64,000 nucleotides of DNA from the human T2T-CHM13v2.0 reference genome, Homo sapiens: the NCBI RefSeq assembly GCF_009914755.1, contig NC_060925.1. One strand, given 5' to 3'. The stretch's first letter is position 1. Every line of letters starts with the position of its first letter. The position numbers were made by a program, and so were the translations under genes. Under the pieces are notes generated by a model that saw nothing but the letters and a program-made list of their open reading frames with translations, searched no databases and was not told the origin of the DNA. This document shows, in pieces, positions 58,660 to 64,000 of the stretch.

Positions 58660-58870
58660 TTTATTGTGATACACCAGAACATAGCTTTGGAATTAAGAGA
58701 CCAGATTCACATACCAGCTGCACCAGTTAATTGCATTGTGACTTCGGATGGGTTACTCTCCATGTTTTGGTCCTTAATTTTTCTGTCTATAAAATGGGAA
58801 TATGAGCTACCTACCCTACAAGGTTGCTGTGAGCATTAAGTGAGAACATTATAGGAACATTCCTGGCACA
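58660..58870 (+). mobile_element. MIR
   Basis: ttgtgacttcggatgggttact...tctataaaatggga...cctaccctacaaggttgctgtgagcattaagtgaga. Confidence 0.7.
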
Positions 58871-61800
58871 CCAACCTTTGGTTCATCCCATTGTAATGGT
58901 GGGCACCAGCAAAATACATTCTGTGGTAACTGCCGTTCTCTGGCCGGTTGGCACACTTCTAAAAAAAAAAAAAAATGAGCAGTTTCACCATCTTGTGTAA
59001 CAAGTTCTCTTAAAATCCATATATTTTCCTTTTGCATCGTGGAGTGAATTAAGTGGGTTTCAAATTAGTTAAGAGTAAAGGGCCTGTTTGGATCTGCACC
59101 TAAATAGCTACATCGTGGCACTAAGGAATTCTTCATGTGCAAGAAACCTGCTTCTCTCTTAAAAGCTGTCTTGTTTCACTGTTAACCAAACGAGGACACC
59201 TGTGGTGACATAGGTTGGTGCATTAGGTAACTCTTGGAATTTGATTTGTTCCATTTGCCTGGGCAGAAGCAAACACGTCTCACTGTTTGCTCGTCTTACC
59301 TTTATGTGGTCCAAAGCACTCATGACAGTTATAAGAGGATTTTATGTGAATGAATTTTTCTTAACATTTTCTTAGGTATTAAATTATCAGACAGCCCTGA
59401 AAGTAATTGTGTGGGAGCAGTTTCAGGGCTGTATATGACAAATTTTTTTTTACAGTCTTTCTGGGTGTGAAATCAGGAAAAAAACAAATGGACGAAAGGA
59501 CAGTTTTCTTAGAAGGTGCTAATTAATTTGACGATACCAGTTTTCCGGGAAGAAATGTCCCGATGATCTGTGCAGCATCTTGACTGGGCTTTCTGAGGAG
59601 TTGGAGTTCTTTTTCAGCAGTCGCACAGGTACATTCCTTCTGTTGATACACAATGCTTGTACAAACTCACAGCTTAACTTTGTAATAACACAGGAGTCCC
59701 TGACCCCCAGTGTTGTCTACCAAATGTTGTGTTTACGTCCGTTTGTGACTGGGGAGAAGGGCCTTAGGTGTTACTTGATACTCAGAAGTCTCCTCTCCGA
59801 AAGATTAAGAACCACCACAGTGAACCAGTATGTTCAGTTTTCAAACTCAAGCAGAGACAGTTAGGAGCAATAAAATCAGTAGGTTACAGACTTTAAAAAT
59901 GAAATACACTCACAGCTTACACTGTTAGAGCATTAGTATATACTGATGTGGACATGAGTGAGTGAGTGACAGAATTCTCTCTAACTTCTGTCTTCATTGG
60001 ACTTGTACATTTTTATAATAATATCTGGGTGGGATCCTGTGAATCAGCGGAGAACAAATGAACAAAACAAATGGATGAATTAGGAATTGTTAGTGGAAGC
60101 AGAACGCCATTGTCTTCATATGAAGGAACATATGCCGACAATTTAGATTTGTAGGCGTGCACTTTCTGTAATTTGTTTAGTAGCATCTGTGGATACTCCT
60201 TACAATCGATTCCATTTATTGAGTCTGTGCCAGGCACTGTGTGGCATTCGTTTTGTGCATTACCTCATTTACTTCTCTTTGACAACAGTATCCGATCAGT
60301 ATTACCAGTATATATCAGAGCTGGTTCCCATCTGCCTCGAATGGGATTATTTCTTGTTAATCAAATCATGGCCCAAGGGCTGCGCAGCAGTGTTTCATGC
60401 TATTTCACTTTTATGGGTATCTGTTTTTGTGGACCAAACTTACCTTGAGGACCTACTATTGTGAGTGCCACCACCACACTGGGGAAGGGGACAAGAGCCT
60501 AGCCCACTGTCTCGCCTCAGTTAGCGTCAGCTCTTTGCAGGGAGCACGAGTAACCTTGGAGACACAGGAACCTGCTGGGAGCAGGTGAAATGAGTGCATA
60601 GGTTGAGAGACCCTTTCCACCAGCCATTGGACGCTGGCCTAGGAAGGACTCCTGTTTCAAGCCCTAGTCCTCTGTGAGCCTTCCTCCCAGGCTCAGTTTG
60701 TTCCCTGTGGTCATTACTTTACCCCTATATTGGCAAAAAATAGAAAAGCCTCAGCTCAAGGACAATGTGGGATAATCCTTGGAGACCAGCACCAAGGAAG
60801 ATTGTGTGCTTCTGAAAGGCTCCATTCTCAGTGCCAGAGCCTGTTAGCAAGGCCAGGTCCACAGCGCGCGCTCCTCAGGCTTCCCGGCTTTACCTGGCTC
60901 CCTTGGTGGATGGAACTTTACATCCTCCCCTGCGATTATGTGGATGATGTGTCGGTCCGTGAGTGCTCATAGAGGCACAGCTGCAGGCAGGAGGTGGCTG
61001 GGGCACAGTTGAGATCCTCCACAGCAGTGGGATCTGTTTGATCAGCAGCAGTGGAGCTGAGTCTGAAAACCTGTGCTGGAATAAAAGTGCCTCATTTCAT
61101 GGTGGGCCGAGTGATTAGGTAGCTTAGTATCTCTGTAAATGCTCTTGTTTTTATAAACCTCTGCTAAAATGTGGCATATTCAAATGCCGTTGCTTAGTCT
61201 TTGCATTTTTAAGAGAAGCAAAATAAAGGCTGAGGTAAAGAATGATGATCACAGCCAACTGCCAAGACATCGACCCTTAGGTTAATACTGGCAGGCATTC
61301 AACATGATTGTTTAAATTAGATATTTGATTTAAATAATGATGGGTATAAGAACCAAGTGCGGTGAACAGGAAAAAGAATATGGGGTATGTGGCTGTTTGG
61401 AAAGAGGAAACAGATGATTTTTTTGTTTGAAGTGATGATGTGTAGCATGGAATTGAAAGATGTCTACCAAAAGGTTAACAGGGTAATTTGAATGCTAAGC
61501 ATTTTTGGCTATTTAATGGTATCTCTTGTATTTTTAATCCCTTTAAAGTCTTTATAACTGTGTGTCCATTGTGGGTTTGATGTTACTGGGGATTGTGGTT
61601 TTTTTCCTGAACGGTTTTCCTGAGTTTTATGGGTAGGCAGTAGACAAGAGAGAAACACTTGAGCAGTACTTTTTGCCATCTAGGCCAAGTACAAAGTAGA
61701 GGCTTTTTCCAAATAGCACTTGTAAAACTGCGTATTTTACAAAATTTTAAAGTGTTATATTTTGTCTCAACCAATAAAAACATTTTCAATTATCTCATTG

Positions 61801-63526
61801 TTTTTACTTTTGTTGGCGTCTTCTTTATGAAAAATCATGTATTCATTTTTTTGTGTGTAATGTAACCAAGTGCTCATCTGAGAAAATACAATCAGATAGA
61901 AATATCATACCCTTATCAATACTCTCTCACTGGGAGCCACCTGCCAAAATCTGAATGTATATCCTCTTGATTTTCCTTAAATTTATCTCTGTGGATATAT
62001 CGTAGCCTGATTTGATTAATTAGTCATGTGGCTTGACCATTGTTCATATGGGCATTTCTGTAACCAAATGTGAAGAATGAATTTTGAGTGTTTTCATTGT
62101 ATCTTGTTTCATATTTATGTCAAATTTTTACTCCTTGAAAATATTTTAAAACGATGTTGTAGTTAATTCATCAGGATGCAGTATTGTAAAATTTGTCATG
62201 GGCTTTAAAGGGGGAAACATGATTTTCTTCTTAGCTGAGAGTAAGCAATTCTCGAGGGCGTGGCTGTCTCTTCTGTTTTCAGGGTTGCCAGGTACTGGAA
62301 ATGCACCTCCTCTACAACACCTCCCACTTTGGTTTTTTCAGCCACGGGGGGCTGAGTCCATAAGTTGAATTAGGTTCTTTATTTTGTAGTTGCCTCGTCA
62401 CTATTTATATGTAAGGTTTTCAGATTTTAGGTACATTTTTCAGGCTACTAAAAAAACGTGAGAAAGAAACCTAGAAATTGATTATGAAGTAGAACAGGTC
62501 AGCATCTTGTTTATATTTAATTATTCTCCCAAATCATTTTGTTCATGCCACAACACTTTTTGAGGCTCCAAAGAAGGTAAGGAAACTTAATGCTTTCTTA
62601 TCTTGAATTTGGTGAAGTTTGTTTGGGAAGCCCTTTCTTAAGATGTGGAATTATCCAGTCAAAACCACTGAAAGCCTTTTTCTGACAGCATAAAAGCTCG
62701 GACTCCCTTCCGATGGATCTTTGCTATTCTCCTATCAGCCTGACATTTGGAAGAGTTAGGGTAGCCTGCAGCCTCCACAGCTGCAGAGGCTGTGCAACAG
62801 CCCCCCTGGTGGGAAGCAAGCATTTCAGGAATTTATACTGCAATCTGCAGAACTGCAAAATCTAAAACTTTTCCATTGTTTCTGTTGGAAGCAAAACCTA
62901 GAGTTGTGTTTTAATACCATGAGCTACCTAAAACCAGAGAGGTTTTATTTTTATAATTTGCCTCCAGGATTACAGATAGTTCTTGGTGACTTTAACTGCA
63001 GAAAAAGATTTGAAATTATGCCAAACGAGCTTAACAGAATTTTTTACTGTCAGATAAGTTTCAAAGTTATTTTAAGTGAAAAAGGAAACTATAGAAAATG
63101 CATGGCATGTTAACTTTTATAAAAACTAACTGTTGCAGTGTCTTACTACTTCAGATCTATGGGGCTTGCTTTGCCACTGATCGCGCCTTGACCAGTTGTA
63201 ACAGCCACTTGTGATCCTCTGATAACCACACCCACCCCGCTGCAAACCTTTCTGAAAGCATTTCTGGTTGAGGCACACTGGTGCCCCCATCAGTCCTTCT
63301 GCCCAAGTCTCCCAGTTCTTTTGTTAATGACATTTGATGACTTCCAGAGTACCAAGTCATTCTCTTACATTAAAGCATACATTAAGAATATTGAAATGAA
63401 CTGTTAATTCCTTATGGAAAACTTAATTTTAGGTATCCATTTCCAGCTTCTCTCTTCCTCTCTATCATCAACCCAACTGTAGAACGTTAAACTACTAGGC
63501 ACATATGCAGCAGAGCTGAGGTCTAA

Positions 63527-63870
<344 letters not shown>

Positions 63871-64000
63871 TGCACTTGGCCATTCTTAAGATAACAACTT
63901 TGCCATTATCCATCGATTCCTCTTCCTTACCAACACAATCTATTACAGATTGTAATTTTTAAAAATTTTATAGGAGTCATTTAACATGTACTTTATACTT

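Noticed and set aside
62799-62813. CTCF-like motif (minus strand CCACCAGGGGGGCT)
   Set aside because: G replaces a strongly preferred C in the core; cannot be supported without ChIP data

Overview
This is primate (human-like) genomic DNA, not prokaryotic. The window lies entirely inside the PRDM2 (RIZ) gene on the + strand. Five spliced coding exons (13709-13717, 29101-29218, 30880-30983, 40114-40266, 47470-47596) have GT-AG boundaries and consistent phases. They join into the PRDM2/RIZ1 N-terminus (MNQNTTEPVAATETLAEV...NWLRYVN...GEELLVWY...SPKSRK, c.1-511), covering the PR/SET domain. The main first exon lies upstream of the window and the zinc-finger exons lie downstream. An intragenic CpG island at about 46.9-48.2 kb overlaps exon 6 and fits the known internal promoter of the PR-less RIZ2 isoform. 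The rest is intron containing about 18 Alu/FLAM copies, one young sense L1PA 3' end, and old L1M, L2, MIR and hAT MER fossils. The most notable observations are: (1) exons 3-5 form a 375-nt phase-0/phase-0 block bracketed by inverted Alus, so a circRNA from it would carry a stop-free looping ORF and the skipped linear mRNA would be an in-frame PR-less protein; (2) both the candidate branch point and the 3' splice site of exon 6 coincide with consensus NF-Y CCAAT boxes, followed by a strong-Kozak out-of-frame uORF; (3) an AluY is joined to an inverted ~75-bp copy of local sequence from ~0.85 kb away; (4) exon 2 carries a start-stop AUG-UAA that a second acceptor could remove. Repeat subfamily calls and the boundaries of old repeats were made by eye and are approximate.
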